Below are positions 51,479 to 62,549 of a stretch of 64,000 nucleotides of DNA, piece after piece (position 1 is the stretch's first letter; every line of letters begins with the position of its first letter). A program made the translations under genes and the position numbers. This DNA comes from Escherichia coli (GTDB lineage Bacteria; Pseudomonadota; Gammaproteobacteria; Enterobacterales; Enterobacteriaceae), in NCBI RefSeq assembly GCF_024298765.1, contig NZ_CP101210.1, one strand, 5' to 3'. The notes below the pieces were generated by a model. That model was not told the DNA's origin and ran no database searches. It saw only the letters and a list, made by a program, of their open reading frames with translations.

Positions 51479-52912
51479 ATGTCTGAATTTGAAGTGTTGG
51501 CACAGCATCTGCTGAAGGAAGCCGAGGCGGAAGAAAAGCTGCGACAGGAAAATGATAAAAAGCTTATCGAGAAAGTGCTGGAAATCTATGATCAGAAGTA
51601 TGTGGCTGAATTACTGAGAAAAGTCGGAAAAAATGAGTGGAGCCGTGAAACCATTAACCGCTGGATTAATGGCAAGTGTTTACCAAAATCGTTGACTTCA
51701 GTAGAAGAGTCTCTTCTGCGTAAGATGCTACCAGAACCACCTGCAAACCATCCGGAATATGCTTTCCGCTTCATTGACTTATTTGCTGGAATTGGAGGGA
51801 TACGGAAAGGTTTTGAGGCCATTGGAGGCCAGTGTGTTTTTACCAGTGAATGGAATAAAGATGCTGTGCGTACATACAAGGCCAACTGGTTTAACGATGA
51901 ACAGGTGCATAAATTCAATCTCGATATTCGGGAAGTCACGCTGAGTGATAAAACCGATGTATTGGAAACGGATGCTTATGCATATATTGATGAGCATGTG
52001 CCGGATCATGATGTGCTTCTTGCGGGGTTCCCGTGCCAGCCATTTAGCCTTGCTGGTGTTAGTAAGAAAAACTCACTTGGTCGTGCGCATGGTTTTGAAT
52101 GTGAAGCACAAGGAACACTTTTTTTTGACGTGGCACGTATTATACGAGCAAAAAAACCGGCAATTTTTGTGCTGGAAAATGTCAAAAATCTGAAGAGCCA
52201 TGATAAGGGTAAAACTTTCAAAGTCATTATGGAGACCCTTGACGAGCTGGGCTACGAAGTTGCCGATGCTGCAGAAATGGGAAAAAACGATCCAAAGATT
52301 ATCGATGGGAAGCATTTTTTGCCTCAGCATCGTGAACGCATTGTTCTGGTCGGATTTAGACGAGATCTGAATATTCACAAGGGGTTTACCTTGCGTGATA
52401 TCAGTCGTTTTTATCCGGAACACCGCCCATCATTTGGTGAATTGCTGGAGCCTGTAGTCGACAGTAAATATATACTTACGCCAAAACTATGGGAGTACCT
52501 TTATAACTACGCCAAAAAGCATGCAGCCAAGGGGAATGGTTTTGGCTTTGGGTTGGTCAATCCTGAGAATAAGGAAAGCATTGCACGCACACTTTCTGCC
52601 AGATATCACAAAGACGGATCAGAAATTCTTATTGATCGTGGTTGGGATATGGCAACGGGAGAGGCTGACTTTATGAATGAGAGTAATCAGGCTCGTCGAC
52701 CACGCAGGCTGACTCCCCGAGAGTGCGCACGCCTTATGGGATTTGAAAAACCTGGAGGGAAACCATTCCGTATTCCGGTTTCAGATACTCAGTCATATCG
52801 GCAGTTCGGTAACTCAGTTGTGGTGCCAGTATTTGAAGCTGTTGCCAGACTTCTGGAACCCTATATCCTCAAAGCTGTTTCTGCTGATGCTGGTAAGACT
52901 GGGCAGCCTTGA
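51479..52912 (+). CDS. DNA cytosine-5 methyltransferase, Dcm/M.EcoRII family (predicted CCWGG)
   Basis: [12 protein letters not shown] (motif I), [10 protein letters not shown] (PCQ, motif IV), ENV (motif VI), QFGNSV (motif X); collinear with recalled Dcm; alternative start at 51437. Confidence 0.85.
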   Translation: MSEFEVLAQHLLKEAEAEEKLRQENDKKLIEKVLEIYDQKYVAELLRKVGKNEWSRETINRWINGKCLPKSLTSVEESLLRKMLPEPPANHPEYAFRFIDLFAGIGGIRKGFEAIGGQCVFTSEWNKDAVRTYKANWFNDEQVHKFNLDIREVTLSDKTDVLETDAYAYIDEHVPDHDVLLAGFPCQPFSLAGVSKKNSLGRAHGFECEAQGTLFFDVARIIRAKKPAIFVLENVKNLKSHDKGKTFKVIMETLDELGYEVADAAEMGKNDPKIIDGKHFLPQHRERIVLVGFRRDLNIHKGFTLRDISRFYPEHRPSFGELLEPVVDSKYILTPKLWEYLYNYAKKHAAKGNGFGFGLVNPENKESIARTLSARYHKDGSEILIDRGWDMATGEADFMNESNQARRPRRLTPRECARLMGFEKPGGKPFRIPVSDTQSYRQFGNSVVVPVFEAVARLLEPYILKAVSADAGKTGQP

Positions 52913-52946
52913 GAACATCTCCCGGCCTTTTAAGCCGGGAGTCAGC

Positions 52947-54161
52947 CTATGATAGTTCAGCGTAAAGCTCTATCAGCTCAGTAATGAATGCTCCGAGCGT
53001 TATTAATTCTTCTCTAACTGCTTCTGGGTATTTTTTATGTAAAGTTGATGGTACAACGAGTCTGACACCCGCATCTTTCATTTCTCGGTATTGTGCTGAA
53101 GAAACACCTTCTTGCAGTGTAAATAAATGTACCTGATGGATTTTATCTGCTTCATTCAGTATCTGACGCCAGCGATCTTTGCAGGTGGTCTTTACTGCCA
53201 GCATACGTAAGTTTTCTACAGGAAATTCAACGTTATGATATGCCTCTGCTGAAGGAAACAGGAAATCTGGTTTTTTATTACCTTCAGTAACTGCCTGAGT
53301 GGAGAAATGCCGTAGTCCGTGCTCGATAAAAAGCTTCTCTAGGTGAAGTTCAAGTGATTTGCCTGCCCTTGATTTACGTCGATTACTGACAGAGTTGGCT
53401 AATGCAATAAACTCATCTACAGAATCGAATCCTTTCTTAATAATATCAAGAACATGTAATTCCTCGACGAGTAGAAAAATATCATACTCGACACGCCGAC
53501 GGTCAATCAGTTGCTCATCTGGATCCTTGGAGTTTTTAGCATAATGGCCAGCAGCATATTGAATAATTTCGTTTCCAGAAGGAAAACGCTTCTTCCAGTC
53601 TTCAGGAATAACATATTTATGATTTACTGGAGTTTGCTGAAGAGACAATCCGCCCAAAATTTGTCCGGCAGGGCCGGAAATTAGGGTTCCAGGTATGATT
53701 TCGCCAATAGCAGACTCGATGATATCCTCTTCATCGGGATTGACGCAGACCCATATATCTACCTCGGAACAGTCAGTGTTCTGTTCGTTTAACCTGAAAG
53801 CAAGAATTGTGAGGGCTCCTGTATTTTCAGGGTTCTGTAATGGACTTCCTCTCCCCCAGCGCGTAATTCTTTTTTCGTTTCGGGTCTTACCAAAATAACG
53901 GTTGTTGTAATAAATTGCGCGTGCTTGGGTATCAGGGCAATCATGGGATGATACATGCGCAGTAAGGAAGACTGAAGGGTTCAGTTCGCGAGTATGATTG
54001 ATAGATGGAAAAAGCTTTTCAACGATATTTGAGGGGATATAAAGTCCGACCTGATGGCCACCTGTTGCGCCTGTGTCGTTTGCAGAAAGGCGTTTGATGT
54101 AGATAAAGTAATTCCCGCTTGCGATATCAAGCAGCCAGTTATGAAAAACCGACATATACAT
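52947..54161 (-). CDS. Type IIE restriction endonuclease, EcoRII family
   Basis: 404-aa ORF (MY)MSVFHNWLLDIASGNYFIYIKRLSANDTGATGGHQVGLYIP..., matching my recollection of EcoRII; convergent with the methyltransferase. Confidence 0.75.
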   Translation of the reverse strand: MYMSVFHNWLLDIASGNYFIYIKRLSANDTGATGGHQVGLYIPSNIVEKLFPSINHTRELNPSVFLTAHVSSHDCPDTQARAIYYNNRYFGKTRNEKRITRWGRGSPLQNPENTGALTILAFRLNEQNTDCSEVDIWVCVNPDEEDIIESAIGEIIPGTLISGPAGQILGGLSLQQTPVNHKYVIPEDWKKRFPSGNEIIQYAAGHYAKNSKDPDEQLIDRRRVEYDIFLLVEELHVLDIIKKGFDSVDEFIALANSVSNRRKSRAGKSLELHLEKLFIEHGLRHFSTQAVTEGNKKPDFLFPSAEAYHNVEFPVENLRMLAVKTTCKDRWRQILNEADKIHQVHLFTLQEGVSSAQYREMKDAGVRLVVPSTLHKKYPEAVREELITLGAFITELIELYAELS

Positions 54162-54237
54162 CCCTTTGTTAACATACAGTCAGGGTTAACATTTTTCCAT
54201 AGTTATAGATAAGCGGCTAGGAACTTAAGGGAAAAAC

Positions 54238-54423
54238 AAAAAGCCCGCATAAGCGGGCTTTTGTGTCACTCGAGAGCCGCGGCTCCTTTGCGTATCCTTT
54301 TTTATCTCCTCACCGTCTGGTCGGTGTCCTGCTGAGACTGCTAACTTCCTGTTTTTGTTGGTGTTGTCCTTACACCGTCCAATCATGATTGGTGGAGCTG
54401 GCGGGAGTTGAACCCGCGTCCGA
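54238..54423. repeat. Right att-associated direct repeat (ssrA 3' end plus phage-borne downstream arm with terminator)
   Basis: ~90% identical by eye to 14441-14624; hairpin plus T-run (read on the minus strand) at 54238-54262. Confidence 0.7.
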
Positions 54424-54752
54424 AATTCCTACATCCTCGGTACTACATGCTTAGTCAGTCTTTACATTCGCTTGCCAGCTGCGGACGGACACGCCACTAA
54501 CAAACTAGCCTGATTAAGTTTTAACGCTTCAACCCCAGGCAGGGCTTCCACGCGATCTCTTTTGGGTTTGACCTCTCTTGATCCCCGTCCTAAGAGCGGA
54601 GGCTAGGGAGAGAGGGCTCTAAGCAGGTTATTAAGCTGCTAAAGCGTAGTTTTCGTCGTTTGCGACTATTTTTTGCGGCTTTTTACGAGGCCAACCGCCC
54701 CTCGGCATGCACCTTGGGTTTCGCAAATCCCGTCGAATCCAGAATCAGCCCC
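54390..54752 (-). ncRNA. ssrA: tmRNA (SsrA)
   Basis: Reverse complement matches the recalled E. coli tmRNA from GGGGCTGATTCTGGATTCGACGGG... to ...GGTTCAACTCCCGCCAGCTCCACCA. Confidence 0.95.
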
Positions 54753-54966
54753 AATGTGTAACGGTAAGTATACCAGATTCATGAGTGCCATGACCAGCCT
54801 CAATGGCGTTATCGTTAAAGATTTAGCACCCATGTAGCCTGATTTTTATTCGATTAAGCAATGGGATGGCAACATTTGGGTCGGATGTGATAGCCAATAA
54901 GATGTGCATTCGCGCCGCCGGAGAGGGAGGCGCGGTGAGGAGCGGATCAATAATTGCAGTGCAGGT

Positions 54967-55449
54967 TTAACGGTGGGCGTTTTTCATGATACGCGCTTTA
55001 TCCACCTGCCATTCGCGTTCTTTGATATCTGAACGTTTATCATGCTGTTTCTTACCTTTGGCGACGCCGATTTTCACTTTGCACCAGGCATTTTTCCAGT
55101 ACAGGGAGAGCGCCACTACGGTATAGCCTTCTCGATTGACGCGACCGTACAATGAGTCCAGTTCGCGCTGGTTGAGAAGTAACTTGCGGGTACGGGTAGG
55201 ATCGCACACCACATGCGTGGAGGCCACAGCCATTGGCGTGATGTTAGCGCCAAACAGAAATGCCTCTCCGTCACGCAGAAGGACGTAGCTGTCGCTGATA
55301 TTGGCTTTTCCTGCACGCAGGGATTTAACCTCCCAGCCTTGCAGGGCAAGTCCCGCCTCGAACTCTTCTTCGATAAAGTATTCGTGCCGGGCGCGCTTGT
55401 TAAGCGCGATGGTCGCTGAACCAGGTTTATGTGCTTTTTTCTTCGTCAT
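54967..55449 (-). CDS. smpB: SsrA-binding protein SmpB
   Basis: 160-aa [31 protein letters not shown]... Confidence 0.9.
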
Positions 55450-55580
55450 AAGCGTCGTGAATCATCGGTAATCTGAAATCGAAAACACCCCATATCAATC
55501 CTGCGGGGGACAAGGCTCTATCTTAGCATGAACCCGATGTTACCCAGCGCCGGGATAGCGTTTTTTTTACAGCAGGATAA

Positions 55581-56057
55581 ATGATATTATTTGTTGGATT
55601 TTTGTTGATGGAAATTGTTATGCCTCAGATTAGCCGGACCGCACTGGTACCCTACAGCGCGGAGCAAATGTATCAGTTAGTGAATGACGTTCAGTCTTAT
55701 CCTCAGTTTTTGCCGGGTTGTACCGGAAGTCGGATTCTGGAGTCCACTCCTGGGCAGATGACTGCGGCGGTAGATGTCTCTAAGGCTGGGATCAGCAAAA
55801 CGTTTACTACCCGCAACCAGTTGACCAGTAACCAAAGTATTCTTATGAATCTGGTGGATGGGCCGTTCAAGAAATTGATCGGTGGATGGAAGTTTACGCC
55901 GCTGAGTCAGGAGGCGTGCCGTATCGAGTTTCATCTCGATTTTGAGTTTACCAATAAGTTGATTGAACTCGCCTTTGGCCGCGTGTTTAAAGAACTGGCG
56001 GCTAATATGGTCCAGGCTTTTACGGTTCGTGCGAAAGAGGTTTACAGTGCCAGGTAA
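55581..56057 (+). CDS. ratA: RatA (YfjG), SRPBCC/polyketide-cyclase-like ribosome-association toxin
   Basis: Synteny and size; internal Met at 55620 (MPQISRT) may be the true start. Confidence 0.8.
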   Translation: MILFVGFLLMEIVMPQISRTALVPYSAEQMYQLVNDVQSYPQFLPGCTGSRILESTPGQMTAAVDVSKAGISKTFTTRNQLTSNQSILMNLVDGPFKKLIGGWKFTPLSQEACRIEFHLDFEFTNKLIELAFGRVFKELAANMVQAFTVRAKEVYSAR

Positions 56058-56337
56058 AATTGCCGTTGAGGTGGCTTATGCGCTACCTGAGAAGCAGTAC
56101 CTGCAGCGTGTGACGCTGCAGGAGGGTGCGACGGTTGAAGAAGCTATTCGCGCCAGTGGCTTGCTGGAATTGCGTACCGATATCGATTTAACTAAAAACA
56201 AAGTCGGCATTTATAGCCGTCCGGCAAAACTGAGCGATAGTGTGCATGATGGCGATCGGGTGGAGATTTATCGCCCTCTCATTGCCGATCCGAAAGAGCT
56301 GCGCAGGCAACGAGCAGAAAAATCAGCGAATAAATAA
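56047..56337 (+). CDS. ratB: RatB (YfjF), MoaD/ThiS-like small protein
   Basis: Overlaps the ratA 3' end; probable GTG start at 56047 (VPGKIAVEV...). Confidence 0.7.
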
Positions 56338-56345
56338 CAGACAGA

Positions 56346-56373
56346 AAAAAGGTGCTCATTGAGCACCTTTTTT
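56346..56373. terminator. Bidirectional terminator between ratB and bamE
   Basis: aaaaaggtgctcattgagcaccttttttaa. Confidence 0.7.
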
Positions 56374-56398
56374 AACGTCTTTGAGAGCAACTTTATGA

Positions 56399-56740
56399 TT
56401 AGTTACCACTCAGCGCAGGTTTATTATCAATATTGGTCAACACCCCGCTACTATTAAAGGTCAGCGTCAGCGTTTGCTGCGTTACACCTTCATGACCTGG
56501 TTGCTGGCGGAAGACATAGAACCAGGTATTCGTACCAAATGGATCGGACATCAGCGGTGTACCCAATGCGTACGCAACTTGTTGTTGCGTCATGCCAACG
56601 CGTATTTTGGATACGTCGTTAGCGGTCAGATAATTCCCCTGGTTGATGTCAGGACGGTAAACCACTCGCTCCAGAGTGGAACAGCCTGCGGTCAACATCA
56701 ATAGTACTGCTGCTGCAGCAGTCAGCGTTTTACAGCGCAT
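56399..56740 (-). CDS. bamE: Outer-membrane assembly lipoprotein BamE (SmpA)
   Basis: 113-aa ORF with lipobox LTAGC. Confidence 0.9.
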
Positions 56741-56888
56741 AGTGATTTGATTCCTTTTCGGGCCCGAGCAGTACGTGGCTCATCTGTAATATGCCGATGA
56801 TAATAGACCTTTCATCACTTTAAAACCTTTTGCTTTCCGGTCTTACGGCGTTTTGCTGTTTACTCTGACCGTGAAGCAGGAAAAAAGT

Positions 56889-58550
56889 TTACGCCGCAAG
56901 CAGTTCTTTCGCATTCGCCAGTGTGTTACGTGTGACTTCACTGCCCCCAAGCAGGCGCGCCAGCTCTTGTAACCGCGCTTTTTTATCCAGGGATTGCATG
57001 TGTGTTTCTGTCATCGCACCATCGGTTTCTTTGCTGACAAAATAGTGTTGATGACCACATCCCGCGACTTGTGGCAGGTGGGTAACACACATCACCTGAG
57101 TTGATTCGCCAAGTTGACGCAGCAGTTTGCCGACAACTGCCGCTGTTGGACCGCTAATCCCTACATCCACTTCATCAAAAATCAGTGCCGGGGTTTCCAT
57201 TTTACGCGCCGTGATGACCTGAATTGCCAATGCGATGCGTGACAATTCACCACCGGATGCGACTTTGGCAATAGGCTGCATTGGCTGACCTGGGTTGGTG
57301 GTTACCCGAAACTCAATACGATCGGCACCGTCAGCGCCCAGGTGATGCTCGTCAAATTTAACATCGATCGTAAACTGCCCATGCGGCATTGAGAGCGCAT
57401 GCATACTGTCGGTGATCAGCAGTGCAAGTTCTTCTGCATACTGCTGGCGTTGCTGGTGTAATGCGCGCGCGGTTTCCAGTGCCTGCTGATGATGTTTCGT
57501 TACCGCCAGCGCGAGCGTTTCTTGTGAGTCGGCCTGATCGTCCAGTTGCTGCTGTTCTTCCAGTAGCGACTGGTAATACTGTGGCAATGCCTCAGGGCTG
57601 ACGTGATGTTTACGTGCCAGCGAAATCTGTTTTGAGATGCGCTGTTCAAGTTCAAACAGTCGGTTGGGATCGAGATCCAGACGATCGCAGTAGTGGCGCA
57701 GTTCATCGCTGGCTTCAGCAATCTGGATGGTAGCTTCTTCCAGCATATCAAGTACGCCGGACAGTTTGCTGTCCATGCCAATCAATTCGCTCACCAGTTG
57801 TTTAGCCGTGTAAAGCTGACTTTGCAGGTTTGCGTCTTCACCGTCGGCCATTACTGCCAATGCATTCTGGCTGGTAGTCAGCAATTGACCGCTGTTCGCC
57901 AGACGTTTGTACTCTTCGTCGATTTGCTCAAACTCTCCGGGCTGCGGATTAAATTCGTTAAGTTCTTTTAATTGGTATTGCAGCAGTTCCGCACGGGCGG
58001 CGCGTTCCTGACTTAACTGTTGATGATGCGCGAGGTCACGGCAGCTTTGATGCCACAACTGATAACGTGCGGTCATTTCCTGGAGCAGAGAGGTTTCATT
58101 GGCATAGCCATCAAGCAGGAATTTTTGGTGCTCGGGTTTGGTGAGTAACTGATGGGCGTGCTGACCATGGATCTGAATCAGCAACTGGCCCAGTTCGCGA
58201 AGTTGTGACAGAGGAACAGCTGTACCGTTGATAAAACCTCGTGAGCGACCATCGCTACTGATTACGCGACGAAGCAAACATTCATGACCGTCTTCAAGCT
58301 GGTTTTCTTCCAGCCAGCGCAGGGCCGCTGGCGTATCTTTCAGAGAAAAACGGGCGCACAGGTCGGCACGAGCAGCGCCGGTACGCACCATGTCGGCTTC
58401 AGCGCGACCACCGAGACAAAGGCCGAGGGCATCTATTGCAATAGATTTACCCGCGCCGGTCTCGCCAGTTATTACGGTCATGCCGCTATGAAAATCAATC
58501 TCAAGCTCACGAACGATAGCAAAGTTGCTGATGGTCAGTTGTGCCAACAT
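56889..58550 (-). CDS. recN: DNA repair protein RecN (SMC-like ATPase)
   Basis: 553-aa [45 protein letters not shown]... with Walker A. Confidence 0.95.
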   Translation of the reverse strand: MLAQLTISNFAIVRELEIDFHSGMTVITGETGAGKSIAIDALGLCLGGRAEADMVRTGAARADLCARFSLKDTPAALRWLEENQLEDGHECLLRRVISSDGRSRGFINGTAVPLSQLRELGQLLIQIHGQHAHQLLTKPEHQKFLLDGYANETSLLQEMTARYQLWHQSCRDLAHHQQLSQERAARAELLQYQLKELNEFNPQPGEFEQIDEEYKRLANSGQLLTTSQNALAVMADGEDANLQSQLYTAKQLVSELIGMDSKLSGVLDMLEEATIQIAEASDELRHYCDRLDLDPNRLFELEQRISKQISLARKHHVSPEALPQYYQSLLEEQQQLDDQADSQETLALAVTKHHQQALETARALHQQRQQYAEELALLITDSMHALSMPHGQFTIDVKFDEHHLGADGADRIEFRVTTNPGQPMQPIAKVASGGELSRIALAIQVITARKMETPALIFDEVDVGISGPTAAVVGKLLRQLGESTQVMCVTHLPQVAGCGHQHYFVSKETDGAMTETHMQSLDKKARLQELARLLGGSEVTRNTLANAKELLAA

Positions 58551-58576
58551 AGTTGTTTTCCTGTATGAAAAACCAT

Positions 58577-58619
58577 TACTGTTATTGTGTACAGTATAAA
58601 CTGGTTTTATATACAGTAA
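58577..58619 (-). promoter_or_regulatory. Two LexA SOS boxes in the recN promoter
   Basis: tactgttattgtgtacagta and aactggttttatatacagta: CTG-N10-CAG palindromes just upstream of the recN start. Confidence 0.8.
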
Positions 58620-58635
58620 AGAGGCTGGCGTAAAA

Positions 58636-59514
58636 TTAGAATAATTTTTTTGACCAGCCGAGCTTGGTGCTTAATGTATTGAAATAACTGTAATCTTTCG
58701 GATGAATCAGATTCAGATGGTAATCACAGCGACGAATCAGGACATCTTCACCTTCCTGAATCGGCAGTGCTATCTGGCTGTCGCAACTGATTTCCAGGTC
58801 GTTACGGCGATGCGAAAAACGCAGACGGATCGTGCTGCTGCTGTTTATCACCAGTGGTCGTGCTGACAACGTATGCGGGAACATGGGCACCAGGGTAATC
58901 GCATCCAGAGAGGGGGTCAGAATAGGACCGCCCGCAGAGAGGGAATAGGCGGTGGAGCCTGTTGGCGTCGAAATAATCAGTCCATCGGAACGCTGAGAAA
59001 ACGCAAAGATCTCGTCGATATACACTTCGAACTCAATCATATGCGCCACTTTGCCAGGATGAAGTACCACTTCGTTAATCGCGGTGCTGATGCGTTTCTG
59101 GCAATCTTGCTGACAAACTTGCGCTTCCAGCAAAAAACGTTTCTCGCTGATGTAGTGGCCTTCCAGCACATCGGCTAATTGTTGCTGGGCGTTATCGGGG
59201 TCAAGGTCAGTCAGGAAACCCAGGTTGCCACGGTTGATTCCAATAACTTTAATATCGTAACGGGCGAGTGTGCGCGCCGCGCCCAGCATATTACCGTCGC
59301 CACCAACGACTACCGCGAGATCAGCCAGTTGCCCAATCTCCGCGAGCGTGCCAGTCTTCACATTCTTCAGTTGCAGTTCGTGAGCGATTTGCTGCTCAAC
59401 GATGACCTCGTAACCTTTTGTGCACAGCCAGCGGTAGAGCATTTCATGTGTTGTCAGTGCAGTGGGGTGCCGTGGGTGTCCCACAATGCCAATACACTTG
59501 AAATGATTATTCAT
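58636..59514 (-). CDS. nadK: NAD kinase NadK
   Basis: 292-aa ORF with GGDG motif ([14 protein letters not shown]). Confidence 0.9.
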
Positions 59515-59561
59515 TTTTCCGAGGTCCTTGTTGCGAAGATTGATGACAATGTGAGTGCTTC

Positions 59562-59590
59562 CCTTGAAACCCTGAAACTGATCCCCATAA
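59562..59590 (+). promoter_or_regulatory. Sigma-32 heat-shock promoter of grpE
   Basis: CTTGAAA at 59562-59568, 13-nt spacer, CCCCATAAT at 59582-59590. Confidence 0.7.
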
Positions 59591-59603
59591 TAAGCGAAGT
59601 TAG

Positions 59604-60230
<627 letters not shown>

Positions 60231-60249
60231 TTTCTGTTTTCGTAATAAT

Positions 60250-60283
60250 TCACGGCCCTGCATGCGAATGCAGGGCCGTTTTC
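60250..60283. terminator. Bidirectional terminator between grpE and yfjD
   Basis: cacggccctgcatgcgaatgcagggccgttttcg. Confidence 0.7.
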
Positions 60284-60284
60284 G

Positions 60285-61547
60285 TTACTCCGCCACACTC
60301 TCGCGCAGCGGTTTTACAGGAAAAACTTTTACCTGCTTAATCATATTGTCCTGTACGTCGAGAATATCGATATCGTACTCGCCAATACGCACGCGGGTGC
60401 CTGCGACAGGGATCTCTTCCAGTGCCTCAAGAATGACGCCATTAACCGTGCGGGCATCATCTTCCGGTAGATGCCAGTTAAAGGCTTTGTTGATTTCTCG
60501 CACGTTGGCGGTGCCATCGATAATCACCGAACCGTCGTTTTGCGGCGTGACCTCTTCGGCAAGTGTTGGCGACATCGAGGTAGTGAAATCGCCGACAATC
60601 TCTTCCAGAATATCTTCAACCGTCACCAGCCCCTGAATGTCTCCATATTCGTTGACGACCAGGCCGACTTTCTTTTTGTTGCGCTGAAACTTGACCAGCT
60701 GTGTGCTGAGCGGCGTACCCTCCGGGACAAAATAGATCTCGTCCGCGGCGCGTAGCATGGTTTCTTTGGTGAACTCTTTTTTCTCCGACATGAGTCGCCA
60801 GGCTTCACGCACACGCAGCATACTGATGGCGTCGTCCAGCGAATCACGGTAGAGCACGATGCGCCCGTGAGGTGAGTGGGAGAGTTGGCGCAGAATCGAT
60901 TTCCAGTCATCGTTGATATCAATACCGATAATTTCACTTCGCGGCACCATGATGTCATCGACGGTCATCTTTTCCAGATCGAGCACCGACAGCAGCATAT
61001 CCTGATTGCGACGGGAAATTTGTGAGCGTGATTCGTGCACGATAGTACGCAACTCTTCTTTGCTCAAAGAGCCGCTAACCACGATATCGGTTTTGATGCC
61101 CATCATGCGCATTAACATGCGGGTAATAGCATTCAGCAACCAGACCAGCGGCATCATCAAAATTTGCAGCGGAGCCAGTAAAAAACTACTCGGATAAGCG
61201 ACTTTTTCCGGGTACAGCGCGGCAATGGTTTTCGGCAATACCTCAGCAAAAACCAGCACGACAAAAGTCAGCACACCAGTCGCAATTGCCACGCCCGCAT
61301 CGCCGTACAAACGCATCCCAACAATAGTGCCGAGCGCGGAGGCAAGAATATTGACCAGGTTATTGCCGATTAACACCAGGCTTATCAGGCGGTCTGGCTT
61401 ACGCAGCAATTTTTCGACGCGTTTGGCCGAGCGATTACCCTGTTTCGCCATATGTCGAAGACGATAGCGGTTGAGAGTCATCATTCCGGTTTCGGACCCG
61501 GAAAAATAGGCTGAAATGACCACCATGATGATCAGAATAATGATCAA
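60285..61547 (-). CDS. yfjD: YfjD, CorC/HlyC-family (CNNM/DUF21 + CBS) inner-membrane transporter-like protein
   Basis: 420-aa ORF with N-terminal TM domain; synteny. Confidence 0.85.
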   Translation of the reverse strand: MIIILIIMVVISAYFSGSETGMMTLNRYRLRHMAKQGNRSAKRVEKLLRKPDRLISLVLIGNNLVNILASALGTIVGMRLYGDAGVAIATGVLTFVVLVFAEVLPKTIAALYPEKVAYPSSFLLAPLQILMMPLVWLLNAITRMLMRMMGIKTDIVVSGSLSKEELRTIVHESRSQISRRNQDMLLSVLDLEKMTVDDIMVPRSEIIGIDINDDWKSILRQLSHSPHGRIVLYRDSLDDAISMLRVREAWRLMSEKKEFTKETMLRAADEIYFVPEGTPLSTQLVKFQRNKKKVGLVVNEYGDIQGLVTVEDILEEIVGDFTTSMSPTLAEEVTPQNDGSVIIDGTANVREINKAFNWHLPEDDARTVNGVILEALEEIPVAGTRVRIGEYDIDILDVQDNMIKQVKVFPVKPLRESVAE

Positions 61548-61591
61548 CGTAGTAGTAGAAATGTGTTCCAGGGGAAACTCCTTTTCTGGGT

Positions 61592-62458
61592 TTAGCTGAT
61601 TAACTGCTGAAAAATTCGGCTGCCGAAGTAGGCCAGTGTCAGAATGACTGCACCCGCAACGTTAAACCAGACGACGCGGCGTCCACGCCATCCTTCATGA
61701 TAATGTCCCCACAGCAGCACAATATAGACAAACCACGCCACGATAGAGAGCACGGCCTTGTCGATATTTTCCATGCTAAATAAGTTGTGCATGTAGAACA
61801 GGCCAGTGCAAAGAGTGAGCGTTAGCAGCACCACGCCAATCTGCGTGATATGGAACATTTTACGCTCGATACTCATCAATGGCGGCATTTCCTGGTTAAA
61901 TGCCAGCTTCTTGTTCTTCAGTTGGTAATCAATCCACGCCAGTTGCAGCGCGTACAGGGCAGCGATAATTAGCGTGGCATAGGAAAAAAGCGATAAGCCA
62001 ATGTGCACCAGCATCCCCGGCGTTGCTTCCAGATGGGTGATGTATTCATTGGGCATGAAGGTCGCCAGCGCCAGGTTGATAAGCGCAAAGGCATAGACAA
62101 TGGGTAGCAACAACCAGCCACGATTGCGAGAAGCCACAATGGTCATTACCGTACAGATCATCAAACTGACCAATGAACCAACGTTCAGCAGGCTGAGGTT
62201 TTGTCCGCTATCACCGTCGGGCAGGATGCGGGCTTCCAGAGCGATTGCGTGGCAGACCAGCGCAATGACCGCAGAAATAATAGCCATGCGCCGCCAGCCG
62301 CCGTTTTTTTGCAGCAGACCGGGAACAATCAGCGCAAGACTGACGGAGTAGGCGACAAGCGCGAGCAGAGCAAAAACGGGCATAGTAATGTCGACAGTTT
62401 GAGCAATAAGAAAGAGAAGCAGTATAGCGTCAGGTGAACGCTGCTCCAACCGTTGCAT
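61592..62458 (-). CDS. ypjD: YpjD, inner-membrane protein (cytochrome c assembly-like family)
   Basis: Polytopic membrane ORF between yfjD and ffh; true start may be an internal Met. Confidence 0.8.
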   Translation of the reverse strand: MQRLEQRSPDAILLLFLIAQTVDITMPVFALLALVAYSVSLALIVPGLLQKNGGWRRMAIISAVIALVCHAIALEARILPDGDSGQNLSLLNVGSLVSLMICTVMTIVASRNRGWLLLPIVYAFALINLALATFMPNEYITHLEATPGMLVHIGLSLFSYATLIIAALYALQLAWIDYQLKNKKLAFNQEMPPLMSIERKMFHITQIGVVLLTLTLCTGLFYMHNLFSMENIDKAVLSIVAWFVYIVLLWGHYHEGWRGRRVVWFNVAGAVILTLAYFGSRIFQQLIS

Positions 62459-62549
62459 AACAACAAAGACGCCTTCATGTTATACTGCGGCAAAATACTG
62501 ATGATGTGTCGCGATTGCGGCCAACCGTTTCCACCCCAGGCGAGAGACA

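Noticed and set aside
51437-52912. A vsr gene overlapping the 3' end of the Dcm-family methyltransferase
   Set aside because: No Vsr-like ORF downstream; the next gene is the convergent EcoRII-like endonuclease
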